Origin: an uncultured Candidatus Saccharibacteria bacterium
Lineage (GTDB): Bacteria; Patescibacteriota; Saccharimonadia; Saccharimonadales; AWTP1-31
Length of the DNA stretch: 64,000 nucleotides
Direction: 5' to 3'
Assembly: GCA_937903325.1 (NCBI GenBank)
Contig: CALCZR010000058.1
Span: forward strand, 65,034-129,033
Under the pieces are notes generated by a model. It saw only the letters and a list, made by a program, of their open reading frames with translations. It ran no database searches and had not been told where the DNA came from. The translations under genes and the position numbers were made by a program. This document shows positions 1 to 10,605 of this stretch, one piece after another. Every line of letters begins with the position of its first letter. Position 1 is the stretch's first letter.

Positions 1-1105
<1,105 letters not shown>

Positions 1106-1531
1106 TTAAAATCTTCTTGTCGTATCATTAGCTCCGAACACTGCAGCTGGCGACGGAAAGCCAGCTCGATCCACAAATTCCTGTAACCCCATAGCATCAG
1201 CGCGATATAGGTCATCAAAAATCCCAAACCGGATGCCGTGACCCGCGGGCTGCAACCCATCCTCGCCGAACATTAATGGTGCTGTTGCCCACATAACATC
1301 ACGTGTAGGTGGATGTAAAAGTGCAGACTGAACCACGAACAACCCCGCAGACTCCGCTGCTTCTTCTATGCGGGCGTCACGCGGATTAACAGTATCTCCA
1401 AGGTCGGTAAAACTTAAAATAGATGTAATTCCTCGTTCCAACATAATTGGTCTAAAAATTTGTCCTATTCGAGTGATATCACCGTGATCAACATCATGCA
1501 ATACTACCAATGAATTTTGACTTACGCGCAT
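1106..1531 (-). CDS. hypothetical protein wedged between atpG and atpD
   Basis: 141-aa ORF. Its ATG overlaps the atpG stop (TAATG), and GGAGG lies about 10 nt upstream. Its stop is 9 nt before the atpD ATG. No family recognised with confidence. Confidence 0.5.
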   Translation of the reverse strand: MRVSQNSLVVLHDVDHGDITRIGQIFRPIMLERGITSILSFTDLGDTVNPRDARIEEAAESAGLFVVQSALLHPPTRDVMWATAPLMFGEDGLQPAGHGIRFGIFDDLYRADAMGLQEFVDRAGFPSPAAVFGANDTTRRF

Positions 1532-2397
1532 TATTTTATTGCCTCCGCTCCACCGGTTATTTCTGCTAATTCCTGAGTAATTGCCGCTTGTCGAGCCGTG
1601 TTAAAGGCCAGGGTAAGGTCATCAATAAGGTCGCTAGCGTTATCTGTTGCGTTCTTCATAGCCATCATACGCATAGACTGCTCACTAGCTGCTGATTCCA
1701 TAAATGCCTGGTTAAGCTGTGATTCGATTAAACGCTCCGTAACTTCTTCCAGTACCACCTTTGGAGATGGTTCAAAGACAGCATTCTCTAGATCTGGTTC
1801 TACCGGATCTTCTACATAAGCAGCAGGCAAGAGTCGCTCTACGGTAACTTCCTGGGCAATGCTTGATTTGTAATCAGTGTAGGTAACGTCTACAACATCT
1901 ACTTCGCCGGTTACAAACTTCTCAACAACAGTTGCTAGAATTGGACGAATGTCGTTAGCCGTTGGATGGTCGGGGAAGTCCTGGTAGGCTGCAACAACTT
2001 CTACGTGTTCGAAGCGGACGATAAAGCGTGCACCCTGCTTACCAATCACGATCGCCTGACTAGCGATGCCAGCTTCTTTGTCTTCGGTCAGTTCACGAGT
2101 CAGCTGCTTCAAGACATTACTGTTATATGCACCAGCTAAACCACGGTTACTGGTAACAATAATGTGCAGACGAGTCTTTACTGGTCGCTGCACATATAGT
2201 GGGTGCTTGCGTACGTCAGTCAGCTCACGAAGGCGGGCCAGGATCTGCCGAGCTAGGTTACGGTAATCACGGCTCTTTACAGCCAGCTCCTGCGCACGAC
2301 GCATCTTACTCGCACTCACCAGCTCCATAGCTTTGGTGATTTGCTTAGTGCTTTTAACACTAGTAATGCGTGACTTTAATTGTTGTCGACTAGCCAT
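1531..2397 (-). CDS. atpG: F1 ATP synthase subunit gamma
   Basis: Typical gamma termini: MASRQQLKSRITSVKSTKQITKAMELVSASKMRRAQ at the N-terminus and ARQAAITQELAEI at the C-terminus. I chose the ATG at 2397 rather than the upstream 2448. Confidence 0.9.
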   Translation of the reverse strand: MASRQQLKSRITSVKSTKQITKAMELVSASKMRRAQELAVKSRDYRNLARQILARLRELTDVRKHPLYVQRPVKTRLHIIVTSNRGLAGAYNSNVLKQLTRELTEDKEAGIASQAIVIGKQGARFIVRFEHVEVVAAYQDFPDHPTANDIRPILATVVEKFVTGEVDVVDVTYTDYKSSIAQEVTVERLLPAAYVEDPVEPDLENAVFEPSPKVVLEEVTERLIESQLNQAFMESAASEQSMRMMAMKNATDNASDLIDDLTLAFNTARQAAITQELAEITGGAEAIK

Positions 2398-2869
2398 GCT
2401 GACCCCCTGGGATTGGGGCTGTCGGAGCTGGTACTGGTTCTGCCGCAAAATGGAGGAGTGAAGCTACCTGGACCCCAGCTAATGCACTTCGTGCGTTTTC
2501 TGTTAGCTCACCCCCGGGATCACGCTCGGTTAACGCCATAGCTCTCGATACGTCAATGCCCAGCGCTTCAGCTATTAAAGCAACCTGCTGGGAGTCATGC
2601 TGCTCGACAAGCGCATCACGAACCTGGCGAATTCCGCCGTTAATTATCAATAGATCATCTGCATTCGGATCGCGCTCAGCGTTACCGAACAAACCCTTGC
2701 CAACCAATGGCTTGTGGCAAACATCGTCTATGGCTCCAACACTCACACCAAATCGCGCGGCTATTCTTGCCCTATCTGCGGCAACAGCCCTCTCAACGGC
2801 GCGGTGCGTAACATCCGAATGCTCGCGAGCGCGTATGAGATCTGGAGAATGACCGACCCGGCTGTTCAT
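2390..2869 (-). CDS. hypothetical protein wedged between atpA and atpG
   Basis: 159-aa ORF that starts 2 nt after the atpA stop, with AAGGA upstream. Its stop overlaps the atpG ATG by 8 nt (ATGGCTAG). It is Ala/Arg/Asp-rich. No family recognised. Confidence 0.5.
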   Translation of the reverse strand: MNSRVGHSPDLIRAREHSDVTHRAVERAVAADRARIAARFGVSVGAIDDVCHKPLVGKGLFGNAERDPNADDLLIINGGIRQVRDALVEQHDSQQVALIAEALGIDVSRAMALTERDPGGELTENARSALAGVQVASLLHFAAEPVPAPTAPIPGGQHG

Positions 2870-2871
2870 TG

Positions 2872-4401
2872 TTAGTCCTTCTGACCTTCGGCGATTGTCT
2901 TAGCAACCTTCAGGATAATCTCTTTGGTCTTGTCAGCTGGCTTGTCACCCTTGTTGAGTTCATCCATTTCTTTCTTGTACTGACTCTTTAGTTCCTGGAG
3001 CAGGCTTGCTTGTGCAGCCTTAATCTTAGCAACCGGGACATCGTCAAAGGCACCGTTAGTTGCAGCGTGGAGAGATGCAGTTTGTTCCCACACACCAAGT
3101 GGTGAGTACTGTGGCTGCTTAAGGAGTTCGGTCAAACGCTGACCACGTTCGATTTTCTGCTTGGTTTCTGCATCTAGATCCGACCCGAACTGTGCGAATG
3201 CAGCAAGCTCACGGAACTGCGCCAGGTCAAGCCGAAGACTACCAGCCACTGACTTAACAGCCTTAGTCTGTGCAGCACCACCCACACGAGAAACAGATAG
3301 ACCGACTGAAACAGCTGGTCGAATACCTTGGTTAAACAGGTTGGTTTCCATGAAGATCTGACCGTCGGTAATAGAAATCACGTTGGTTGGGATATAGGCA
3401 GAGATGTCTCCAGCCTGGGTCTCGATGATAGGTAGGGCAGTCAGGCTACCGCCACCCTTAGCGTCGCTCATTTTAGCAGCACGTTCGAGCAGACGAGAGT
3501 GCAAGTAGAAGACATCACCAGGGTAGGCTTCGCGACCCGGTGGACGTCGGAGAAGCAGTGACATTTGTCGATAGGCAACAGCGTGCTTACTAAGGTCATC
3601 GTAGGTGATCAGGGCGTGTTGACCGTTATCTCGGAAGTATTCGCCGATTGCTGCACCAGCATAGGGAGCCAGGTACTGCAGGGAAGCAGGGTCAGATGCA
3701 GATGTGGCAACCACAATAGTCTGGTCCATAACACCTTCACGTTTTAAGCGTTCAATAATACGAGCAACCTTGCTGAGCTTCTGCCCAACTGCAACGTAAA
3801 TGTTAACGATGCCAGACTTCTGCCGATACTGGTTAATCATGGTGTCGACAGCAATTGCAGTTTTACCCGTCTGACGGTCACCAATAATGAGCTCACGCTG
3901 GCCACGACCAATTGGCACCATAGCGTCAATTGCAATAAGACCAGTCATCATCGGTTCACCAACACTTTGTCGGTCAAGTACACCCGGAGCAACTTGCTCT
4001 ACAAGGCCCATTTGCGTGGACTTGATTGGACCCTTATCGTCGAGTGGACGACCAAGTGGATCAACCACACGGCCAATAAGCTCTGGACCAACCGGAATCT
4101 GTAGCACCTGACCAGATAGCTTAGCGCGCATACCAGCTTTAACATCTACGTCACCGCCCATCAGTACGGCACCGATTTCACCCTCTTGGAGGTTTAGAGC
4201 AAAAGCAGGGATGGTTACACCATCGCCCTCGATTTCGATCATTTCGTTGTAGCCGCAATTCTGGAGACCATAAATCCAAGCCACACCGTCACCGATGCGG
4301 GTAACGATACCAACGCTCTCAACTTCAGGGCTGGTCTTGAGCTCAGCAATTGCTTTCCGGATGTCGGCGCTTAAGTCCTTGATATTAATGTCTGTAGCCA
4401 T
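2872..4401 (-). CDS. atpA: F1 ATP synthase subunit alpha
   Basis: 509 aa with Walker A GDRQTGKT. Alpha-subunit signatures run through the whole ORF. Confidence 0.97.
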   Translation of the reverse strand: MATDINIKDLSADIRKAIAELKTSPEVESVGIVTRIGDGVAWIYGLQNCGYNEMIEIEGDGVTIPAFALNLQEGEIGAVLMGGDVDVKAGMRAKLSGQVLQIPVGPELIGRVVDPLGRPLDDKGPIKSTQMGLVEQVAPGVLDRQSVGEPMMTGLIAIDAMVPIGRGQRELIIGDRQTGKTAIAVDTMINQYRQKSGIVNIYVAVGQKLSKVARIIERLKREGVMDQTIVVATSASDPASLQYLAPYAGAAIGEYFRDNGQHALITYDDLSKHAVAYRQMSLLLRRPPGREAYPGDVFYLHSRLLERAAKMSDAKGGGSLTALPIIETQAGDISAYIPTNVISITDGQIFMETNLFNQGIRPAVSVGLSVSRVGGAAQTKAVKSVAGSLRLDLAQFRELAAFAQFGSDLDAETKQKIERGQRLTELLKQPQYSPLGVWEQTASLHAATNGAFDDVPVAKIKAAQASLLQELKSQYKKEMDELNKGDKPADKTKEIILKVAKTIAEGQKD

Positions 4402-4415
4402 ATGTCTAATTCTCC

Positions 4416-4811
4416 TTAGGTAGTCTGACTCTTAAGTCGCTGTAATTGTCGGCGTACGGTCAAATCCAACTGGTGGTCAGCGGTAGTTAATCGCACCCCG
4501 CCAATTACATCGGGGTTAATAGTTTCTTGAATAATTACTTGCTTAGCTCCAGTTTGAGCCATAAAGATCTTCTGGATTTCTGCACTCTGCTCGTTTTGTA
4601 GGCTATACGCAGTCTCGGCTTGTACATATAGTTTGCCGTCTTGCTGTAGCAACTGCCGTTCGATGTCTCGCAAAATTGTACTCAGATCACCCATGCGACT
4701 CTCTTCAATTAAGTAGGCAGCTAGCGAACGGGTAATATCTTGCGTGCTTTTGCCGGCAGCTAGATCTTCTAGCAGAGCACGAGCGATGGTTGAGTTAGAC
4801 TCTTTAGCCAT
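4416..4811 (-). CDS. atpH: ATP synthase subunit delta (OSCP-like), short form
   Basis: Operon position between atpF and atpA. The C-terminal segment [26 protein letters not shown] is delta-like. At 131 aa it is shorter than the usual ~180 aa. Confidence 0.75.
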   Translation of the reverse strand: MAKESNSTIARALLEDLAAGKSTQDITRSLAAYLIEESRMGDLSTILRDIERQLLQQDGKLYVQAETAYSLQNEQSAEIQKIFMAQTGAKQVIIQETINPDVIGGVRLTTADHQLDLTVRRQLQRLKSQTT

Positions 4812-5353
4812 TACGCTCGTACCCTTGCTAGCGCTCGCTCAATGAGCGATGCATCTTTCTTGGCATCGACTTTCTCGTCGATAATAACTTCAGTTGCCTC
4901 AGAAACAAGTGCCAGCATCTCACCACGAAGTTCTTTTCGGGCGGTCTGCATTTCCCGCTCAATGCGAGCGTTAGCATCCTTGAGCATCTGATCAACTTTC
5001 TTAGCTGCATTTGCTTCGCCGTCCTTGATGATCTGACTCGCTTCAGCTTGGGCACCAGTTAGAATCTTATTAGCTTCCTCGCGGGCTTTATGCTGCATGC
5101 CTTTCAGCTCTTCATCAAACTTCTCCTTAGCAGATTGCATTTCAATACCGAGTGCCACACCTTTATCGATGGTCTTGCGACGCTTCTCTAGGGTGTCTAC
5201 GATACCGCGAAGAGCAAACTTTTTTAGGAGCAAGAATAGTAGCAGGAAAGTTCCGGCCTGAAGGACAATAGCCTTAGGATCAATACCAAGTACAGCAATA
5301 CCTTCCTTCTCGGCGGCTTCTGCTGCAAATAGTACTGTTACGGGATTAATCAT
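4811..5353 (-). CDS. atpF: Fo ATP synthase subunit b
   Basis: One N-terminal TM helix followed by a long charged coiled coil; operon position fits. Confidence 0.85.
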   Translation of the reverse strand: MINPVTVLFAAEAAEKEGIAVLGIDPKAIVLQAGTFLLLFLLLKKFALRGIVDTLEKRRKTIDKGVALGIEMQSAKEKFDEELKGMQHKAREEANKILTGAQAEASQIIKDGEANAAKKVDQMLKDANARIEREMQTARKELRGEMLALVSEATEVIIDEKVDAKKDASLIERALARVRA

Positions 5354-5423
5354 ATATTCTTTGTCTCTTATCTCTTACTAATAATGGGCCGGATGGTTGC
5401 CCACCCGGTCTCCACAGTTCAGC

Positions 5424-5690
5424 TTATTTTACGATGATGGCGCCTAGGAATGCTAGAAGCGCTGTAACTTCGATCATAGCTGCGATAATCACAACCTGAC
5501 CAGCGGCCTTACCTGCTTCTGGGTTACGGCCGAGAGCCTTCATATAAGCCTGGCCAACCATTCCGAGGCCTAGAGCAGCACCCAAAAAGGCGATACCGAG
5601 CATGAATGACTTAGCTGCAGTTGGATTCCAACCACCGCGTTGTGTGACTTCTGCTGCTTCTGCTGCAAATCTTGTTACTTGTGGAACCAT
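5424..5690 (-). CDS. atpE: Fo ATP synthase subunit c
   Basis: Two-helix hairpin with the GRNPE loop and the carboxylate in AAMIEVTALL. Carries an unusual ~25-aa N-terminal extension. Confidence 0.9.
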   Translation of the reverse strand: MVPQVTRFAAEAAEVTQRGGWNPTAAKSFMLGIAFLGAALGLGMVGQAYMKALGRNPEAGKAAGQVVIIAAMIEVTALLAFLGAIIVK

Positions 5691-5782
5691 ATTAGTTCTC
5701 CTTAGTTTGTTACCATAAGTGCCCTAAAATTTAGAACGGTCCCATGGGTATTAATATAAAAGTTTGGCCACTCGAAGCGGGC

Positions 5783-6634
5783 CTAGCTTACATCGCCCTC
5801 AAGCCTTCCCACAACCGGGTCGACTTCGTGAGCGGTGTGCTCGTCATCGTGGCCGTGAGCAATCGCAAGACCTAGGTATGTGGCGGCAAGCACCGTGAAT
5901 ACATAGGCCTGGATGCACGCAACCAGGATTTCGAACATCGCTATGGGCAAAATCGTAAACGACTGGAAGTCTTTGCCAATGTAGGCAAATACTGCAATCA
6001 AGATTTCACCGACTACGGTGTTCAAAAACAAACGAAGACTAAGACTAATCATACGGGTAAACTCACCGAATACTTCGAGTAATCCAATAAACGCGTTAAC
6101 CGGGTTCAGGGGCTTATCAGTAAAGTAGTGCTTAAGGTGACCGACAAAACCAGACTCACGAATAGAGAGGTATTGGACGGTAAGGATGGCAAAAACTGCC
6201 ATAGCGATGGTGCCGTTGAGATCAGCGGTAAAGGCACGAAATAGCGGGAAGGTGCCCTCGTGGGTAGTCACGTGAATCCCAGGACCAACCCACGGCATGA
6301 TACCCATAATGTTATTGAAGATAATAAACAAAAAGAACGTCCCAAAGATTGGTGCGTATTGTACTGCTTTCTTGCGTGAGCCAAGCGGCCCCTCAATAAG
6401 ACCAACCACAAATTCTACGAGAATCTCAACAATTTGTGTAAAGCCCTTAACTGCATTAAGCCGTAATTTCTTGCGAGCGGCCAGCCCAAGAGCAAGAAGT
6501 AACACGGCACAGATAGCACCGTAGATAGTGGAGTTCGTAATAGGCAAACCACCAATTTTGTAGATAGCTTCAGGCGCCAGCGCAATATGCGGGCCGTCTT
6601 CAGAAGCTACACGGGTTAGTAGGGCGCCTAACAT
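5783..6634 (-). CDS. atpB: Fo ATP synthase subunit a
   Basis: Polytopic membrane protein containing LSLRLFLN (the conserved Arg). It is the first gene of the operon. Confidence 0.9.
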   Translation of the reverse strand: MLGALLTRVASEDGPHIALAPEAIYKIGGLPITNSTIYGAICAVLLLALGLAARKKLRLNAVKGFTQIVEILVEFVVGLIEGPLGSRKKAVQYAPIFGTFFLFIIFNNIMGIMPWVGPGIHVTTHEGTFPLFRAFTADLNGTIAMAVFAILTVQYLSIRESGFVGHLKHYFTDKPLNPVNAFIGLLEVFGEFTRMISLSLRLFLNTVVGEILIAVFAYIGKDFQSFTILPIAMFEILVACIQAYVFTVLAATYLGLAIAHGHDDEHTAHEVDPVVGRLEGDVS

Positions 6635-6820
6635 ACTCCTCCGGTTGTTTTACACTCCCAGGAGTTCGTCGTCAGCCCACAATTGGCGATGGCGGCGATA
6701 GAGATACTCATCTTTCGGCAGTATATCAGGCTGACCTCATATATTCAATAAGGTATTCCATATGTTTGTCACAATTTCGGTGCTTTGCCTAGACCGGAGA
6801 CACGGGTGTATACTACAAGC

Positions 6821-7051
6821 ATGAGTATTACACTATATACCTCTCCAGCATGCGCTTACTGTCACATGGCACGTGAGTACCTAAAGAGCAAGAAACTCAA
6901 ATTCAAAGAGTACGACATCGCTGACAATCCTAAGGCCCTCGAGTGGGTACGCGACAACGTAGGACAGCTTGCTACACCAGTTCTAGATATTAATGGCACC
7001 GTGATCTTAGGCTTTGACCGACCTAAAATTGACCTCGCTTTACGTGATTAA
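6821..7051 (+). CDS. glutaredoxin-like protein (NrdH/Grx family)
   Basis: MSITLYTSPACAYCH contains a CxxC motif, followed by a thioredoxin-fold tail (TPVL..NG). The ATG at 6821 lies 6 nt after TATACT. Confidence 0.85.
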   Translation: MSITLYTSPACAYCHMAREYLKSKKLKFKEYDIADNPKALEWVRDNVGQLATPVLDINGTVILGFDRPKIDLALRD

Positions 7052-7124
7052 ACACCACATATAGGGTTTGTAGTTTACACAACGACACCATTTATGCTAT
7101 CCTCCTGACAGCGGAGGAACATCT

Positions 7125-7721
7125 ATGGCCGAACCAAGACCTTTGATTGTGGATATCGCCCCACACCTCACCGTGGTACCGACCGGTCCCGCGGAGTTAC
7201 TATTTGTTGATTTTGGTGGATACCGACCGTCTAGTCCTAACATGGCGGTCCTTGAGAATGAAATTTTTGATGCCGACAGTGCGGCCATTATGATGGCCAG
7301 TCTCGGTGCCGCTGGTCTTATCTTAAGCACAGAGACCGTACCGGGACTACGCAGAGAACTTAAGACACCCCAAGCGCGCAACGAAGCACGCAGGACGACG
7401 ATCGAAGCAGCCTTGGCACGGCAACGAGCTGCAAGTGCACTCATCAATAAAACTATCGGTGACTTTACCGAGAATTTCACAATCACCATAGATGCCGCCA
7501 CAGAGAAAGGCATGGCCCGACGGGTACTGGATCATAGCCAATACGATAGGCTATTAGCACGAACCGCCCGTGTGAGTGGCGCCACTCCAATAAAAGTAGT
7601 CACTGATCTCAAAAACGCTGCAAAACGCAAGGTTATTGCCGAAGAAGATCGACTCGAGGCAGAGAGAAGTATGCTCTTACTATACGACCGAGCTCTGCAA
7701 GACAGAGAACGGCACGCGTAG
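7125..7721 (+). CDS. hypothetical protein
   Basis: 198-aa ORF with GGAGGA 8 nt upstream of the ATG. Preferred over the antisense ORF 7097..7513. Confidence 0.5.
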   Translation: MAEPRPLIVDIAPHLTVVPTGPAELLFVDFGGYRPSSPNMAVLENEIFDADSAAIMMASLGAAGLILSTETVPGLRRELKTPQARNEARRTTIEAALARQRAASALINKTIGDFTENFTITIDAATEKGMARRVLDHSQYDRLLARTARVSGATPIKVVTDLKNAAKRKVIAEEDRLEAERSMLLLYDRALQDRERHA

Positions 7722-7735
7722 TACACTAGACGCAG

Positions 7736-8305
7736 ATGAGTTTCGAAGACTATAAGACAAAAGAAGCCGTTGTTATTGTCTACACCGGAGACAGCAAAGG
7801 TAAAACCAGTGCCAGCCTAGGTCTGTTAGTCCGTGCCCTCGGCAACCGTTGGAACGTAGCTTTTATACAGTTTATTAAGTATTGGGGAGTAGGGGAGCAC
7901 GTCTTTATTCGTGATATCCAATCTCTGTATAAAGACCAGTTGTACTTCTATAAAGGCGGCAAAGGATTTTACAAAGCTGGCGACCTCAGTCCACAGCACA
8001 TTAGCGAAGACCAGCACAAACAGGCAGCTCAAGAAACATACGACGAAGCTTACGGCAAAGCCACGAGTGGTAAGTATGACCTGGTCATTTGTGACGAGAT
8101 TAATAACGCCGCCAACGACGGACTAATCACCAAGGACCAGCTCAGGAAACTAATAGAAGACAAAGCCAAGAACACCAGTCTATGTCTAACAGGTCGAAAC
8201 TTCCCAGAAGACCTACTACCACTGGTAGATATCGCTACCAACATGACCAAGATAAAGCACCACTTTGATGAGAAGTTCCTGGCAAATCCAGGGATTGACT
8301 ATTAG
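7736..8305 (+). CDS. cobO: ATP:cob(I)alamin adenosyltransferase (CobA/CobO/BtuR type)
   Basis: P-loop-like YTGDSKGKTSASLG, plus IQFIK, ICDEIN, LTGRN and IKH motifs. Confidence 0.85.
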   Translation: MSFEDYKTKEAVVIVYTGDSKGKTSASLGLLVRALGNRWNVAFIQFIKYWGVGEHVFIRDIQSLYKDQLYFYKGGKGFYKAGDLSPQHISEDQHKQAAQETYDEAYGKATSGKYDLVICDEINNAANDGLITKDQLRKLIEDKAKNTSLCLTGRNFPEDLLPLVDIATNMTKIKHHFDEKFLANPGIDY

Positions 8306-9402
8306 ATACTACTACCACGCTTGCGATAGTATTCACTCGCAGTTGCTGGTGGTGCAGCTACCCGCCACGCAGTAACGTGGCCTTCATGCGTTTCGTATTG
8401 AAGGGGGGTTCTGTTGCCAAGAATCCACTCCAAGCGATGCAGTACAACAGGTCTGATATCTTCTACTCCGAGTAGAGTAGCGATATCTGAAGTTGTTAGG
8501 ACTTCACCTACTTCTCTGGATGCCAGAGCTGCACTAAGCTGCTCACCAAGTTCATAAATACCACCTTTTTTGTCCGAACCCGAGGCTAAGTAATCACGAC
8601 GAAAAAGATGTGGTAGCGTAGCACGCTTCTCGGGTGTGTGTAAGTAGTTCCGTAGAAGACCAAGACCAGCCTCTTGCTGTCCTGCAGGATCTTCTTGATA
8701 CGCGGTAATTAGGTCAACAACCTCTTGAAAGATCTCACGACCATCCTTAGTCATACGCCAGCTGTAAGGGACTGTGTTGCGATCACGCTTTCTCTCAAGC
8801 ATCCTTGCCTTGAGCCACACATTAAGCCGATCTGTGAGACCTCCCTTTGCCACTGGCCCCAAACGAGAATCATCTAGCATGCGTTCAATCGTTACGCTTC
8901 CTGCAAGTCCTCCCATGTAGCCTCCTAACGTCAGAAGCCTGTCCTGGGCACTAGGCTCCGCTTCCTCTGGGCCACCTTTTTGGTGCGTAGCGCCTAGTAG
9001 TCTACGCAAAGCAATATTCCGCCGAAAAGATAAGTCCAACAAGTGACCTCCCCATGAAGCTTGTCGGACGCCATCCTCAGTCAGGCTAACCGCTCGCTCT
9101 CCAAGCGATCCTGCTCCCTCGGAGTTTATTTGGTGACTTTCTTGAGGCAGACGCTCAATCATATTCCGAATGTACGCTGGGCGGAGAAATCGTGCAGCAT
9201 CAGGAATCAGCTTCCTGTACGCTTCTTGGGCTTGATCGAAAGTCAGGCCGTCAAAAGGCTCTTCCTGTGCCGCCCCAAGAACGCCCATCATAATGCTACG
9301 GCCTTCCGAATTGCCAACACCTAAGTCTTGAGATATTTGTGAACCAGTGACCTCTACAATAAAGGGGTGGTTTGCGTGCAAGTCTTTTATATCTAAAGCC
9401 AT
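8302..9402 (-). CDS. hypothetical protein
   Basis: 366-aa ORF convergent with cobO (4-nt overlap). No family recognised. Confidence 0.6.
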   Translation of the reverse strand: MALDIKDLHANHPFIVEVTGSQISQDLGVGNSEGRSIMMGVLGAAQEEPFDGLTFDQAQEAYRKLIPDAARFLRPAYIRNMIERLPQESHQINSEGAGSLGERAVSLTEDGVRQASWGGHLLDLSFRRNIALRRLLGATHQKGGPEEAEPSAQDRLLTLGGYMGGLAGSVTIERMLDDSRLGPVAKGGLTDRLNVWLKARMLERKRDRNTVPYSWRMTKDGREIFQEVVDLITAYQEDPAGQQEAGLGLLRNYLHTPEKRATLPHLFRRDYLASGSDKKGGIYELGEQLSAALASREVGEVLTTSDIATLLGVEDIRPVVLHRLEWILGNRTPLQYETHEGHVTAWRVAAPPATASEYYRKRGSSI

Positions 9403-9511
9403 AGTACGAATCTCGTTAATTCAGCCTAATACTGTATAACTTTTTAAGAATATTTGCAAGCACAGCAATCCATCGTTGTACATTTTTCCTACAAAAAGCT
9501 ACTCTAAATAC

Positions 9512-10021
9512 ATGCCCACACTCTACCTAATGCTAGGCTATCCTGGATCCGGCAAAACTACCGCCAGTAAGCTTATCCATGAACTCACTGGCGCCCAACA
9601 CATGTGGGCAGATCAAGAACGCCGTATTCGTTTTGACAAACCTACCCACAGCCACGAAGAAAATCTGAAACTCTACGATGCCCTGAACCACAAAGCCCAA
9701 GCCCTTCTGGAAGATGGGCAGAGTGTTATATATGACACCAACTTTAACTTCTTTAGAGACCGTCAGAGAATGCGAGAAATCGCCGAGCAGACCAATGCAG
9801 AAGTAGTACTTATCTGGGTGCGAACTCCAAAAGAAACCGCTAAGGAGCGCGCCACCCAGAACGCAAGCCAGCAGGGAACCCGTGTATTGGGAGATATGCC
9901 GGAAGACGCTTTTGAGCGAATTTCAGGAAACATGGAACCACCACACGAAGATGAAGATTTCGTCGAACTAGACGGCACCCAGATTGGTAAAGAATATATT
10001 GCTGAAAAACTAGGGCTGTAA
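9512..10021 (+). CDS. P-loop kinase/ATPase (AAA_33-like)
   Basis: Walker A in MLGYPGSGKTT. The ATG at 9512 lies 6 nt after TACTCT. Confidence 0.7.
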   Translation: MPTLYLMLGYPGSGKTTASKLIHELTGAQHMWADQERRIRFDKPTHSHEENLKLYDALNHKAQALLEDGQSVIYDTNFNFFRDRQRMREIAEQTNAEVVLIWVRTPKETAKERATQNASQQGTRVLGDMPEDAFERISGNMEPPHEDEDFVELDGTQIGKEYIAEKLGL

Positions 10022-10026
10022 CCATA

Positions 10027-10587
10027 GTGAGTCGTCGTAAAGCCAAGAAGACACTCATTATTGGCCTCCTGACGCTACTACTAGCATTTGCCCAGCAACA
10101 AGGCTGGCTAACACCAGCTGCCAAACAAGCCGAGAAAGCACAGCCTGGCCTGTACCGCGTCGTGACTTTCACCGACGGCGACACTATTGCCGTAGACATG
10201 AACGGGGTCACCGAAAAGGTCAGACTTATCGGTGTCGACACTCCTGAAACACATGACCCGCGCAAGGAAGTACAGTGCTACGGAGAAGCAGCCGCCCAGT
10301 TTACTAAAAACCTTATTGGCGCTAACAACGTCCGGCTAGAAGCCGATCCCACCAACACCAACCGAGACCGGTACGACCGACTACTACGATACGTATATCT
10401 GCCAGACGGTACGTTAGTGAACGCCGAGATTATTAAGCAAGGCTATGGCTTCGCCTATACCTACTTCCCATTCACTAAACTAGAGGAATTTAAAGATTAC
10501 CAAAAGCAGGCCGAGGGTGCAAAGCTCGGACTGTGGGGTAATTGCAGCATCGTAAATGAAGATAACGGGCAAGTTCACACTAACTAA
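10027..10587 (+). CDS. nuc: secreted thermonuclease (SNase family)
   Basis: N-terminal signal or TM segment, then DGDTI..VRLIGVDTPE, RYDRLLRYVY and GLWG motifs. Confidence 0.85.
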   Translation: MSRRKAKKTLIIGLLTLLLAFAQQQGWLTPAAKQAEKAQPGLYRVVTFTDGDTIAVDMNGVTEKVRLIGVDTPETHDPRKEVQCYGEAAAQFTKNLIGANNVRLEADPTNTNRDRYDRLLRYVYLPDGTLVNAEIIKQGYGFAYTYFPFTKLEEFKDYQKQAEGAKLGLWGNCSIVNEDNGQVHTN

Positions 10588-10605
10588 GTGATTACATAGT
10601 CCAGA

